Shown here: positions 53,424 to 64,000 of the stretch, in pieces
Layout: each line of letters opens with the position of its first letter
How positions within the stretch are numbered: position 1 is the stretch's first letter
NCBI GenBank assembly: GCA_019038745.1
Contig: JAHOYV010000005.1
Location: forward strand, 4,546-68,545
Reading direction: 5' to 3'
DNA: 64,000 nt
DNA from: Gemmatimonadales bacterium
GTDB taxonomy: Bacteria > Krumholzibacteriota > Krumholzibacteriia > LZORAL124-64-63
The notes under the pieces: model-generated
Told to the model about the DNA's origin: nothing
Seen by the model: only the letters and a program-made list of their open reading frames with translations
The model's database searches: none
Translations under genes and position numbers: made by a program

Positions 53424-56195
53424 GTGGAGAATCTCAAGAACAAGGCCCAGTACAACTCCGCCGGTATCGAGGAGAAATGGTACCACGCCTGGGAGGAGGC
53501 CGGTTTATTCGGTCCCGACGAATCCCTCGAGGCCGAGCCTTTTGTGATTACCCTGCCCCCGCCCAATGTGACGGGAATTCTGCACATAGGACATTGTTTG
53601 GGCGGTTCCATCCAGGACACCCTGATCCGTTGGGCCCGAATGCGGGGGCACCCCACGGTCTGGGTTCCGGGAACCGATCATGCCAGTATTGCTACCGAAC
53701 AGGTGGTTTCCCGGCAGATGGCCGCTGCCGGAACCTCCAAGCACGAGGCCGGCCGTGATGTCTTTCTGGAACGAGCATGGGCCTGGAAAGAGGAAACCCA
53801 TGGCCGGATTACCAAGCAGATTCGTCGTCTGGGAGCCTCTCTTGACTGGAGCCGTGAGGCCTTCACCATGGACGAGGACCGCAATCGCGCGGTAATAGAG
53901 GCCTTCGTCACCCTGAAGGAAAAGGGGCTGATCTACCGGGACGTCTACCTGGTTAATTGGTGCCCTCACGACCAGACGGCCATCAGTGATGACGAAGTGG
54001 AGTATCGGGAAGTCGAGGGGCACCTTTGGCACATTAAATATCCCCTGGTCGACCAGGAGGGGTACGTCACGGTGGCGACAACTCGTCCCGAGACGTTGTT
54101 CGGCGATACTGCGGTGGCTGTCCATCCGGATGATCCGGAGCGCCGGCATCTGATCGGCCAAATGGTGCATCTACCGCTTACCGATCGGGTCATTCCGGTT
54201 ATTGGCGACCACCACGCCGATCCAGAAAAGGGCACGGGCTTCGTGAAGATCACTCCGGCCCATGATCCCAACGACTTTCTGGTAGGGCAGAGGCATGACC
54301 TGGATAAGGTGATCTGCATGACTCCCCGGGCGTTGATGAACGAAAACGCCGGACAGTTTGAAGGCATGGACTGTGAGACTTGTCGGGCGGCGGTTCTGCA
54401 GGCTTTGGAAGCAGAGGGCTTGTTGGCCAAAACCGAAAAACACATTCACCAGGTGGGGCACCACGACCGGTGTGGGACCATCATCGAACCGTATCTCTCC
54501 CGCCAGTGGTTCCTGCGCATGGACCAGTTGGCCGAACCGGCTGTCAAGGCGGTTGAAGATGGGGAAATTACGCTCTTTCCGGAGCGTTGGGTCGGGGTCT
54601 ACTACAACTGGATGCGAAATATCCGTGATTGGTGCATCAGCCGCCAGCTTTGGTGGGGGCATCGGATTCCCGTCTGGTACTGTGAGGATTGTGGTGAGGG
54701 GATCGCTGCCCGCGAAGCAGTCGAATCCTGCACCACCTGTGCGAGCCGAAATCTCAGGCAGGACGAGGATGTGCTGGATACCTGGTTCAGCAGTTGGTTG
54801 TGGACCTTTTCACCCCTGGGTTGGCCCGCGGCTTCGGATGATATGAAAAAGTACCATCCGACCTCGGTCATGGTTACCGGGGCCGACATCATCTTTTTCT
54901 GGGTAGCCCGGATGGTTATGGCCAGCTACGAATTCCTGGGTGAGAAACCCTTTGGGGAGGTCCTGTTCACCGGGATTGTGCGGGATGAAGAGGGCCGCAA
55001 GATGAGCAAGTCGCTGGGCAACAGTCCCGATCCCATCGACTTGATAGACAAATACGGAGCCGATGCACTGCGCTGCAGCCTCGTGATGCTGACTCCCACC
55101 GGCCAGGACATTTTCTTCAGCGAGACCACCCTTGAGGTGGGCCGCAACTTCTGCAACAAGATTTTTCAAGCCAACCGCCTGGTTCTGGGCATATGGGAGG
55201 AGGCAGGGCTGGATGGGGTCAGGTCGGAGATGAAATCGGCTCCCCGCACCCTGGATCTGGCCTCCCTCGGAACGACTGCCGAGTGGGAAGCCGAACCGGC
55301 GAAGTGTTTTTGTGAGTTGTGGGCTGGAGTTTTCGGTGGAGAGCCTCCGGTGGAGTTGTCCGACGATGAACTGACTCTGGAGGATCGCTGGATTATCAAC
55401 CGTCTCATTCAAACGGTTGAAACCTGTAATGACGGGTTCAGGAAGCGGCGTCTGAACGATGCCTCCTACGAAGTCTTCAACTTCTTTCGCCATGAGTTCT
55501 GCGACTGGTACCTGGAAGCAGTCAAACCCCGCTTGCGGGATGAGGCACAGAGGCCGGCGGCCCTTTGCGTGGCGGTCCTGAACCTGGGCTTGAGTTACAA
55601 ATTATTGCATCCGGTGATGCCCTTTATTACTGAAGAATTGTGGAATTGGCTACCGCCTTCCCAAGGTTTCCTGATGGTGTCCTCCTTTCCTGAATTTACC
55701 GGTGAAGCGCCCTTGGCGGTTGCGGGAAATCGCTTCGAGGAGATCAAGGAAATCGTGGTCGTGATCCGGAATCTGCGCAATGAACTGGGAGTGCAGCCCG
55801 GTAAACGCGGGCGGGCGATTCTTCGGGTTTCGGAGTCCGATCGAGTCCCCGCGCTGGAACAGGACGGGGCCCTGATCGCTCTTCTGTCCAAACTGGAAAC
55901 GGTGACCGTGGTCTGCGGTGGGGACGATCCCCAACCTGCTGGAATCGGAGTGGCCGGCACGGTTGAAATTTTTCTGCCCATGGAGGGATTGGTGGATCTG
56001 GAGAAGGAACGGACCCGTCTTGAAAAGGAACTTGCCAAGGTGGAGGGATGGATCAAGGGTTGCGAGGCAAAGCTCGGCAACTCCAAGTTTACCGCCAATG
56101 CTCCTGAGCAAGTAGTGGCACAACAGAGGTATCTGCTTGAGGAAAACCAGGGCAAGGCTGCCCAGTTGCGGGAACTTCTGGCCGCCCTGGCCTGA
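53424..56195 (+). CDS. valS: Valine--tRNA ligase
   Basis: PPPNVTG.LHIGH, ATTRPET, DWCISRQLWWGH, KMSKS, C-terminal coiled coil. Confidence 0.98.
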   Translation: MENLKNKAQYNSAGIEEKWYHAWEEAGLFGPDESLEAEPFVITLPPPNVTGILHIGHCLGGSIQDTLIRWARMRGHPTVWVPGTDHASIATEQVVSRQMAAAGTSKHEAGRDVFLERAWAWKEETHGRITKQIRRLGASLDWSREAFTMDEDRNRAVIEAFVTLKEKGLIYRDVYLVNWCPHDQTAISDDEVEYREVEGHLWHIKYPLVDQEGYVTVATTRPETLFGDTAVAVHPDDPERRHLIGQMVHLPLTDRVIPVIGDHHADPEKGTGFVKITPAHDPNDFLVGQRHDLDKVICMTPRALMNENAGQFEGMDCETCRAAVLQALEAEGLLAKTEKHIHQVGHHDRCGTIIEPYLSRQWFLRMDQLAEPAVKAVEDGEITLFPERWVGVYYNWMRNIRDWCISRQLWWGHRIPVWYCEDCGEGIAAREAVESCTTCASRNLRQDEDVLDTWFSSWLWTFSPLGWPAASDDMKKYHPTSVMVTGADIIFFWVARMVMASYEFLGEKPFGEVLFTGIVRDEEGRKMSKSLGNSPDPIDLIDKYGADALRCSLVMLTPTGQDIFFSETTLEVGRNFCNKIFQANRLVLGIWEEAGLDGVRSEMKSAPRTLDLASLGTTAEWEAEPAKCFCELWAGVFGGEPPVELSDDELTLEDRWIINRLIQTVETCNDGFRKRRLNDASYEVFNFFRHEFCDWYLEAVKPRLRDEAQRPAALCVAVLNLGLSYKLLHPVMPFITEELWNWLPPSQGFLMVSSFPEFTGEAPLAVAGNRFEEIKEIVVVIRNLRNELGVQPGKRGRAILRVSESDRVPALEQDGALIALLSKLETVTVVCGGDDPQPAGIGVAGTVEIFLPMEGLVDLEKERTRLEKELAKVEGWIKGCEAKLGNSKFTANAPEQVVAQQRYLLEENQGKAAQLRELLAALA

Positions 56196-56242
56196 TAATG
56201 CCCCAACCCAGTCATGCGCCTGGTCGAAAGAAGGAGTCTCGG

Positions 56243-57289
56243 ATGACCGACCAGCCCGTTTTGAAAACACCGGGTGAACTGCTGCAGGAAGCCAGACAGG
56301 CTGCCGGCTTCGAATTGGGCCTCATGGCGGAGCGGACCAAGATTCCCTTGGCCATTCTCAGGTCCCTGGAACTGGACGAGTACCACAAGGTCAGCGGACC
56401 TCTCTACGTGAACAGTTTTCTGCGTACCTACGCCAACGATTTGGGCTTGGATACGGCCCAAGTGATGGAAGCGTACCGGAAGTTTTCCGGGGAGGTGGTC
56501 CTGAGCGGGTCCGGCCCTGATCCCGAGGCTGTTTGGGTGGATGAGGAGGTTATGATAAGCCGGGTGGGCCCACCGTGGGGAATGATCGGAATTGGGGCAG
56601 GAGGGGTGGTTGTCCTGGTGATTGTTTTGCTCTGGTTGACGAACCTCCGGGGTTGTTCCGCGGGAGATGATGATCCCATGGCCGAGTCCTCCAAAAATCA
56701 CGGATCCCTCCTGGTCGAGGATCAGTCTCCGTCACCGTCTCTTGCCGACGAGGCTCTCCCCCAAGAAGCCCTTCCCAACGAAGTCGTGCCGGATGCTGAA
56801 GAGGTTGTCTCGGCCTCCCCGAAGGAGCTTCCCGTCGCCGACCCTACTGACCGCGTAAATGAAAAAGCCACGGTCACGCAGGTTGATCAACAGGGCTCCG
56901 TCCTGCCTGAAGCGTTGGCCGGAGATGCGGGGGTTCTTTTTCAGGACGGGACTTTGTGGCCGTTAGTTCTACGAATCTTGTGTCGGGAACCCGTCAATGC
57001 ACAAGTGGTTCGAGATGGGGACCGTGATTTTATTGAAATTCTCTGGCCCGCCACAGGCAAATTCTACCCTGACCTACCGAGTGAGGGGATCCGGCAGGGC
57101 CATCCCTACCAAACCCGAAAAGGGCTGGTGATTTACTGGGGAGCTCGGGACCAGTTCAGTCTGAAGCTGGGTCGAACGGATGGAATCGAGGTTTCCGTGA
57201 ACGGTGAGGTCAGAAATATTGAGGATCTTCTGCCAGGACAGGAACTCATCCTTTTCGTCCTTGAGAGAGACAAAAACAACGGATCCTGA
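56243..57289 (+). CDS. rodZ: RodZ-like HTH membrane protein
   Basis: GELLQEAR..TKI..LE..YVNSFLRTYA HTH, one TM, C-terminal LKLG..G.EVSVNG. Confidence 0.78.
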   Translation: MTDQPVLKTPGELLQEARQAAGFELGLMAERTKIPLAILRSLELDEYHKVSGPLYVNSFLRTYANDLGLDTAQVMEAYRKFSGEVVLSGSGPDPEAVWVDEEVMISRVGPPWGMIGIGAGGVVVLVIVLLWLTNLRGCSAGDDDPMAESSKNHGSLLVEDQSPSPSLADEALPQEALPNEVVPDAEEVVSASPKELPVADPTDRVNEKATVTQVDQQGSVLPEALAGDAGVLFQDGTLWPLVLRILCREPVNAQVVRDGDRDFIEILWPATGKFYPDLPSEGIRQGHPYQTRKGLVIYWGARDQFSLKLGRTDGIEVSVNGEVRNIEDLLPGQELILFVLERDKNNGS

Positions 57290-57298
57290 GGTGTTTGC

Positions 57299-59317
57299 AT
57301 GGATCTGTTTAAACTAGTTGCCCCGTTCAAACCCACTGGAGACCAGCCGGAAGCCATTGCTGAGCTCGTCCGGGAAATCCGTGCGGGGACCAGATTTCAG
57401 ACTCTGCTGGGTGTGACGGGTTCAGGCAAGACCTTCACCATGGCCAACGCCATTGCCCAACTTGGGAAACCCGCGCTTGTCTTCAGCCACAACAAGACCC
57501 TCGCTGCTCAACTCTATGGTGAACTGAAGGGTTTTTTCCCAGACAACGCGGTAGAGTACTACATCTCCTACTATGACTACTATCAGCCGGAAGCCTTCAT
57601 CCCCGCCACCAACACGTACATCGAGAAGGACACCAGCATCAACGACGAGATAGAGCGACTGAGGCTAAGGGCTACGAGCAGCCTATTGGCCCGGCGGGAT
57701 GTCATCGTCGTGGCCAGTGTTTCGGCGATCTACGGCGTGGGCAATCCCAGCCGTTTCAAGGAAGGTATCGTGGGACTGCAGGTGGGCCTGACCCTGGACC
57801 GGGACGAGTTGTTGGGCAAGCTGGTGGACATTCAGTATCGGCGCAACGACGGGGGGGCGGATTTCGGTACTTTCCGCGTCAGGGGCGATACAGTGGAGAT
57901 CCGGTCCGCCTTCGAGGAGAGGGTGCTGAGGGTGGAATTTTTCGGGGACGAGGTCGAATCCCTGGTATGGGTAGAACCGCTAACCGGTCGGGCTCTTGAA
58001 CAGGCTCAGAATGCCATGGTTTTTCCCGCTACCCAATTCGTGACCAACAAGGGGGGAATCCCAGGAGTGGTTGACGAAATCGGAAGGGATCTGGAGATCC
58101 GTCTGGGGGAACTGGACGAAGCGGGCAAGACGCTTGAAGCACACCGTCTGGCCTCACGTACCCGGTACGACATGGAGATGATCTCCCAGATCGGTCACTG
58201 TGCCGGGGTGGAGAACTATTCCCGCTACTTCGACGATCGACAAACAGGCCAGAGGCCCGCTTGCCTGATGGACTATTTCCCGGAAGATTTTTTGCTCATC
58301 ATCGACGAGTCACACGCCACGATTCCGCAGATCGGGGCGATGTACCACGGGGACCGTTCGCGTAAGTCGAACCTGGTCGAACACGGCTTCCGCCTGCCCA
58401 GCGCATTGGACAATCGTCCCCTGTTGTTCACGGAATTCGAGCAGATGATCCCCAGCACGATTTTCGTCTCTGCTACTCCTGCTGACTACGAGTTGGAAAA
58501 ATGCGGAGGAGTGGTGGTGGAGCAGGTCATTCGGCCCACCGGACTGGTGGATCCTCCCATCACCGTCCTGCCGGTGCAGCACCAGGTGGATGATCTGTTG
58601 GAGAAGATCAGGGTCGTAACCGCTCGCGGGGAACGGGTTCTGGTCACAACCCTTACCAAAAAAATGTCAGAAGACCTGTCCGACTATCTGGCACAAGCGG
58701 GGGTAAAGGTCACTTACCTGCACTCGGACATCGCGGCTCTGGACCGGATCGAGATTTTGCGCAAATTGCGCCTGGGCGAGAGCGATGTCCTGATCGGGGT
58801 GAATCTATTGCGGGAGGGATTGGACCTGCCCGAAGTTTCACTGGTGGCCATACTGGACGCAGACCGGGAAGGATTCCTGCGCTCGGAGCGAAGCTTGATC
58901 CAGACTTCGGGTCGGGCCGCACGTAATGTGAACGGCGAGGTCATCATGTACGCGGACAAAATCACCCGCAGCATGGCCAGGGCCATCGAAGAAACGGAGC
59001 GTCGTCGGGCCCGTCAATTGGCATACAACGAGGAGCACGGGATCATACCCAGGACGATCGTCAAGAGTCGGGCTGAGATACTGCAATCCACTGCTGCGGC
59101 GGGTGAACGGTCAGAGGAGGCCGTTGGGAAGAGCGAGGAGAAGCCCTGGCAGAAGATACTTGAGCAGGATCTTTCGCCCCGTGACTTGGTCATCATGCTG
59201 CAGGAAGAAATGGAAGCCGCCGCCGAGAAACTTGATTTCGAGAAAGCAGCAGCTTTGCGTGATCGCATGGAAGATCTGAAGGCGCAGTGGGGTATTGGAA
59301 CCCAGGCGAAGGAGTGA
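57299..59317 (+). CDS. uvrB: Excinuclease ABC subunit B
   Basis: PTGDQP, GVTGSGKT, YYDYYQPE, DESH, GRAARN, UVR domain. Confidence 0.98.
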   Translation: MDLFKLVAPFKPTGDQPEAIAELVREIRAGTRFQTLLGVTGSGKTFTMANAIAQLGKPALVFSHNKTLAAQLYGELKGFFPDNAVEYYISYYDYYQPEAFIPATNTYIEKDTSINDEIERLRLRATSSLLARRDVIVVASVSAIYGVGNPSRFKEGIVGLQVGLTLDRDELLGKLVDIQYRRNDGGADFGTFRVRGDTVEIRSAFEERVLRVEFFGDEVESLVWVEPLTGRALEQAQNAMVFPATQFVTNKGGIPGVVDEIGRDLEIRLGELDEAGKTLEAHRLASRTRYDMEMISQIGHCAGVENYSRYFDDRQTGQRPACLMDYFPEDFLLIIDESHATIPQIGAMYHGDRSRKSNLVEHGFRLPSALDNRPLLFTEFEQMIPSTIFVSATPADYELEKCGGVVVEQVIRPTGLVDPPITVLPVQHQVDDLLEKIRVVTARGERVLVTTLTKKMSEDLSDYLAQAGVKVTYLHSDIAALDRIEILRKLRLGESDVLIGVNLLREGLDLPEVSLVAILDADREGFLRSERSLIQTSGRAARNVNGEVIMYADKITRSMARAIEETERRRARQLAYNEEHGIIPRTIVKSRAEILQSTAAAGERSEEAVGKSEEKPWQKILEQDLSPRDLVIMLQEEMEAAAEKLDFEKAAALRDRMEDLKAQWGIGTQAKE

Positions 59318-59318
59318 T

Positions 59319-60194
59319 ATGAGTACGGGAAAAGAATTTGGATTTCCCGCCGAAGATTGGACCGGGGAACTGGTCCGCAGGAGTCTGATCGAGGACATCG
59401 GTAGTGGGGATGTGTCGACCGAGGTGACTGTAGGGAGCGATCTTAGGGCCGTGTCTGAAGTAACAGCCAGGCAGGCCGGTGTGGTGGCCGGTCTCCCTCT
59501 TCTGGAAATGCTTTTCAGGGAGTTGGATCCGGAGGTTTCCGTTTCGGTATTGATGCCCGATGGAACTTTTGTGGAACCGGGCGATGTCGTGGCCCGGATC
59601 GAAGGCCCAGCCGGTCCTTTGCTTACGGGAGAGAGAACTGCCTTGAATTTTTTGCAGCACTTGGGTGGAATTGCTTCCCTGACGCGCGAGTATGTGAACC
59701 GTGTGGCCGGGACATCCTGCCTGGTTCTGGATACGCGAAAAACTCTTCCCGGGTATCGACAGCTGGCCAAGTACGCCGTTCGCTGCGGCGGCGGGCACAA
59801 TCACCGCATGGGTCTTTATGACCGAATTATGTTGAAGGACAATCATTGGTCGGCAGGGGGTGGTTCCATCGCCGAGTTGGTGGACCGTTCCAGGCTGCTA
59901 CATCCGGAACTGGATCTTGAAGTCGAGGTCGACACCCTGGAGCAACTGGCGGTGGTTCTGCCTCTTGGGGTGGAGTGGATTCTGCTCGACAATTTCACTC
60001 CCGACTTGACTGCCGAAGCGGTGGGTCTGCGGGATTCGGGAAAATCCAGTACGTTGCTGGAGGCTTCCGGTAATGTGAATCTGGACACGATCGCCGCCTT
60101 TGCCAGGGCCGGAGTGGATGCTGCCTCGGTTGGCCGCCTGACTCATTCCGCACCAGCTCTGGATCTGGGGCTGGACATGGAGAAATCGCAGTGA
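59319..60194 (+). CDS. nadC: Nicotinate-nucleotide diphosphorylase (carboxylating)
   Basis: ERTALN, DTRKTLPG, NHRMGL, KDNH, LLDNF, EASG. Confidence 0.96.
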   Translation: MSTGKEFGFPAEDWTGELVRRSLIEDIGSGDVSTEVTVGSDLRAVSEVTARQAGVVAGLPLLEMLFRELDPEVSVSVLMPDGTFVEPGDVVARIEGPAGPLLTGERTALNFLQHLGGIASLTREYVNRVAGTSCLVLDTRKTLPGYRQLAKYAVRCGGGHNHRMGLYDRIMLKDNHWSAGGGSIAELVDRSRLLHPELDLEVEVDTLEQLAVVLPLGVEWILLDNFTPDLTAEAVGLRDSGKSSTLLEASGNVNLDTIAAFARAGVDAASVGRLTHSAPALDLGLDMEKSQ

Positions 60195-60222
60195 GGGAAT
60201 CGAACAAAAAGTCGGCTGGCCG

Positions 60223-61149
60223 GTGAAGGACCTGGCCCGCATAGGACCCGTTGGCAGGGATTGGTTCGGATTGGATCATTTCGTCCCGGGACCGCGTTTC
60301 CTGAGAGACGGTGCGGTTCTGTACCTGCTGGACGAGGTCGGCAGCACCAACGATTTCATGCTTGGGCGGGGGGCTGCAGCTCCCGGACGTTTGTGCCGCT
60401 GGGATGGCTGGGGTTGGAAGGCCGAAGAGAGGAGTCGGCTGGAGCCGGTGAAGGATCCCGCTCCGGGGACCGTGGTGGTTTCCCGCCGGCAGAACGCGGG
60501 CCGTGGCCGACAGGGCCGCGCCTGGAGTGATTGCGGCGGTTTGAACCTTACGGTGGTGGTACCTCCTCATCGCGCCTCCTTCGACCGGGGTTTCTCGGTA
60601 TGGCTGGGGTTGTTGACAGTCCTTGTTCTGCGGGAGGAATTTAATGTGGATGCCCGCTTGAAATGGCCCAATGATATCATGGTCGGCGGGCGCAAGCTGG
60701 GAGGGATCCTTGTAGAAACCACCGGCTGCCGATCCCGACCCTCGGTAGCCGCCGGTTTGGGACTGAATCTGACCGCCGGGGTTGCGGATTTTCCGGCCGA
60801 GTTGCAGGGTCGGGCCACCAGTATTTATCTGGAACAAGGGCGTCGGGTCAAGCCTGCCGAGGTATCCGGCCTTTTGGTCGAAAGGGTGGAAAGGGAACTT
60901 GACCGTTTCGAAATGCTGGGCTGGGAACCTTGGCGACCGGTCCTGGCCTGCCTGGATTGCCTGCTTGGCAGGGAAATTATTCTTCGCTCGGGTGGAGCTG
61001 AATTCAAGGGCCAGGCCGGAGGTATCGATGAAAACGGTGGGCTTCTGTTTGAGGATTCCACCGGAGCACGGACGGTCTACAGTGTGGGTGACGTGCACAT
61101 TGTGGCAGACGGTCGTGAGGAATCGTCTCCCGGGAGGAAAACGCAGTGA
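60223..61149 (+). CDS. birA: Biotin protein ligase (no HTH)
   Basis: STND, QNAGRGRQGRAW, KWPND, KLGGIL, GLGLN. Confidence 0.92.
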   Translation: MKDLARIGPVGRDWFGLDHFVPGPRFLRDGAVLYLLDEVGSTNDFMLGRGAAAPGRLCRWDGWGWKAEERSRLEPVKDPAPGTVVVSRRQNAGRGRQGRAWSDCGGLNLTVVVPPHRASFDRGFSVWLGLLTVLVLREEFNVDARLKWPNDIMVGGRKLGGILVETTGCRSRPSVAAGLGLNLTAGVADFPAELQGRATSIYLEQGRRVKPAEVSGLLVERVERELDRFEMLGWEPWRPVLACLDCLLGREIILRSGGAEFKGQAGGIDENGGLLFEDSTGARTVYSVGDVHIVADGREESSPGRKTQ

Positions 61150-61934
61150 AAGCCCTGCTGATTGACGCTGGAAACTCAAAGATCCGGGTCAAGATTTGGC
61201 CTGGTGTTGCCCGGGGGAATGCTGGCTCGTCAAGCCGAGACCTGGACACGGGGCCGGATCGAGAGGGAGTTGAGCCCCTGGAAATCCAGGCAGAATTTTC
61301 CACTTCCGGGATCGTGGGTGCGGACAAGGGAATTGGACGGGTTCTCGCCTCCTTGAGGGAGGAAAATGGAAATCCTCAGGTCGTTCTGGTTTCGGTGGTT
61401 CCGGCCGTTACAAAGATTCTGAAAGTGCTGTGGAAGGACCTCACCGTCGTCGATCACCTCTGCAATCTTCCTTTCACTTCCTTGGTGCCGGATATGGCTT
61501 CGGTGGGCCCCGATCGAATCTGCAATGTGGCTGCGGCCATGACGGCTGGATTGAGCGATGCCGTGATAGTGGACGCCGGTACCGCCACGACCTTCGATGT
61601 CTTGAGTGAGGGGGTCTTCCTTGGAGGCCTGATCGCTCCCGGGATGGCATTTGCTTCTCGTCAACTAGGTGAAATCGCCGCCCGTTTGGAGCCGGTTCCC
61701 TTTGTCTCTTGCCCTCTTGAACCAGGGAAGGATACCCAATCTGCCATGTCCGGAGGGGCTTGGCATACCGGGATTGGTGGAGTTGAAACGGTGATTGCCG
61801 GATTGCAGAAGGATCGGCCCGGTCTGGTAGTTATCCTTACCGGAGGCCTGGGTCACCATTTGACGGCACCCGGCCGTATCCTTGATCCCGATTGGACTCT
61901 GCGCGGAGCTGCTCAACTGGCTGGTCTTACCTAA
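61146..61934 (+). CDS. coaX: Type III pantothenate kinase
   Basis: DAGNS, GPDR, DAGTATTFD, GGLIAPG, TGG. Confidence 0.93.
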   Translation: MKALLIDAGNSKIRVKIWPGVARGNAGSSSRDLDTGPDREGVEPLEIQAEFSTSGIVGADKGIGRVLASLREENGNPQVVLVSVVPAVTKILKVLWKDLTVVDHLCNLPFTSLVPDMASVGPDRICNVAAAMTAGLSDAVIVDAGTATTFDVLSEGVFLGGLIAPGMAFASRQLGEIAARLEPVPFVSCPLEPGKDTQSAMSGGAWHTGIGGVETVIAGLQKDRPGLVVILTGGLGHHLTAPGRILDPDWTLRGAAQLAGLT

Positions 61935-62043
61935 TTCTCGAGTTGATTAATCAAAAATACAACATTTCCAGTGGCGGAATCCTGCCAATTTGGCACGCCT
62001 GCCAAATGTAACTCAAATTCTGGGAAATTTTTTTGGGAAAACC

Positions 62044-62071
62044 TTGCGAGTATTTTTGTCTCAGGTATATT
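62044..62071 (+). promoter_or_regulatory. Candidate sigma-70 promoter of groESL
   Basis: TTGCGA-N16-TATATT just upstream of CIRCE. Confidence 0.5.
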
Positions 62072-62080
62072 TCGCCTCCA

Positions 62081-62107
62081 TTAGCAATCGCGGGTCGAGA
62101 CTGCCAA
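62081..62107 (+). promoter_or_regulatory. CIRCE element (HrcA operator)
   Basis: TTAGCAATC-N9-GACTGCCAA vs consensus TTAGCACTC-N9-GAGTGCTAA, upstream of groES. Confidence 0.88.
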
Positions 62108-62166
62108 GGTGCATTTGAGCTGAGGCAACCGACCCTGGATCTGAACCCAACGACGGAGGAAATATA

Positions 62167-62457
62167 ATGGCCCTGAACGTCAAGCCCCTGGCTGATCGCG
62201 TGATCGTGGCTCCGATGGAGAAGGAAACGATGAAGGGCGGGATCATCATTCCCGACACCGCCAAAGAGAAGCCCCAGCAAGGCAAGATTGTAGCTGTGGG
62301 CCCTGGTTCGGTCAGCGACAACGGTGAGCGCGTTGCTCCCGAGGTCAAGAAGGGCGATATCGTCCTCTACGGAAAGTATTCCGGCACCGAAGTGAACGTC
62401 GACGGAAACGATTACCTGATTCTGCGGGAGAGCGATGTGCTGGCCATCCTGGGCTAG
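62167..62457 (+). CDS. groES: Co-chaperonin GroES
   Basis: [31 protein letters not shown]. Confidence 0.98.
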   Translation: MALNVKPLADRVIVAPMEKETMKGGIIIPDTAKEKPQQGKIVAVGPGSVSDNGERVAPEVKKGDIVLYGKYSGTEVNVDGNDYLILRESDVLAILG

Positions 62458-62517
62458 TGTCTTTCCTGTTCCAAAACGACCAAACTTTGCGGTCCCGGAT
62501 CATGCCGGACCCGCTGA

Positions 62518-64000
<1,483 letters not shown>

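Overview
This 64 kb window is gene-dense, mostly core-genome DNA from a GC-rich diderm bacterium. Three features suggest an FCB-group lineage of the Latescibacterota/Krumholzibacteriota/Eisenbacteria type (inference): a SprA-like translocon, a long LptF, and a secreted protein ending in 'SWGSLKSLYR'. Gene order: trxB; rplU-rpmA; kdsB-pyrG-kdsA-kdsC-kdsD; lpxL-lptC-lptB-rpoN-hpf-hprK-mannose-family PTS (IIA/B/C/D)-ptsH-ptsI-pgi/pmi-metK; a lectin-like secreted protein; a PKD lipoprotein; lptG/lptF divergent from sprA and an M28 peptidase; a zinc-ribbon protein; an orphan; MglA-like protein-TPR-UbiA-uppP; CheY-like receiver; DUF4139; membrane GT-C/TPR protein; an alternative sigma-70; yigZ; a small OMP; an FG-GAP-like protein; dsbD divergent from tlpA-crcB; a PDZ/PP2C phosphatase; a Wzi-like OMP; valS-rodZ-uvrB-nadC-birA-coaX; and CIRCE-controlled groES-groEL (truncated at the edge). 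I saw no rRNA, tRNA, CRISPR or transposase. Best leads: (1) a candidate polarity-like module outside myxobacteria: a zinc-ribbon/RomX-like fusion, an MglA-like probable pseudo-GTPase and a TPR protein, around divergent sigma-54 promoters; (2) a short C-terminal 'WGxxKxxYR' tail that may be a sorting signal for the SprA translocon encoded 4 kb away; (3) a 22-aa membrane peptide gene missed by the ORF track, with a strong RBS, structured leader and candidate sigma-54 promoter; (4) a local set of sigma-54 promoters. All family calls come from motif recognition by eye; no database searches were run.
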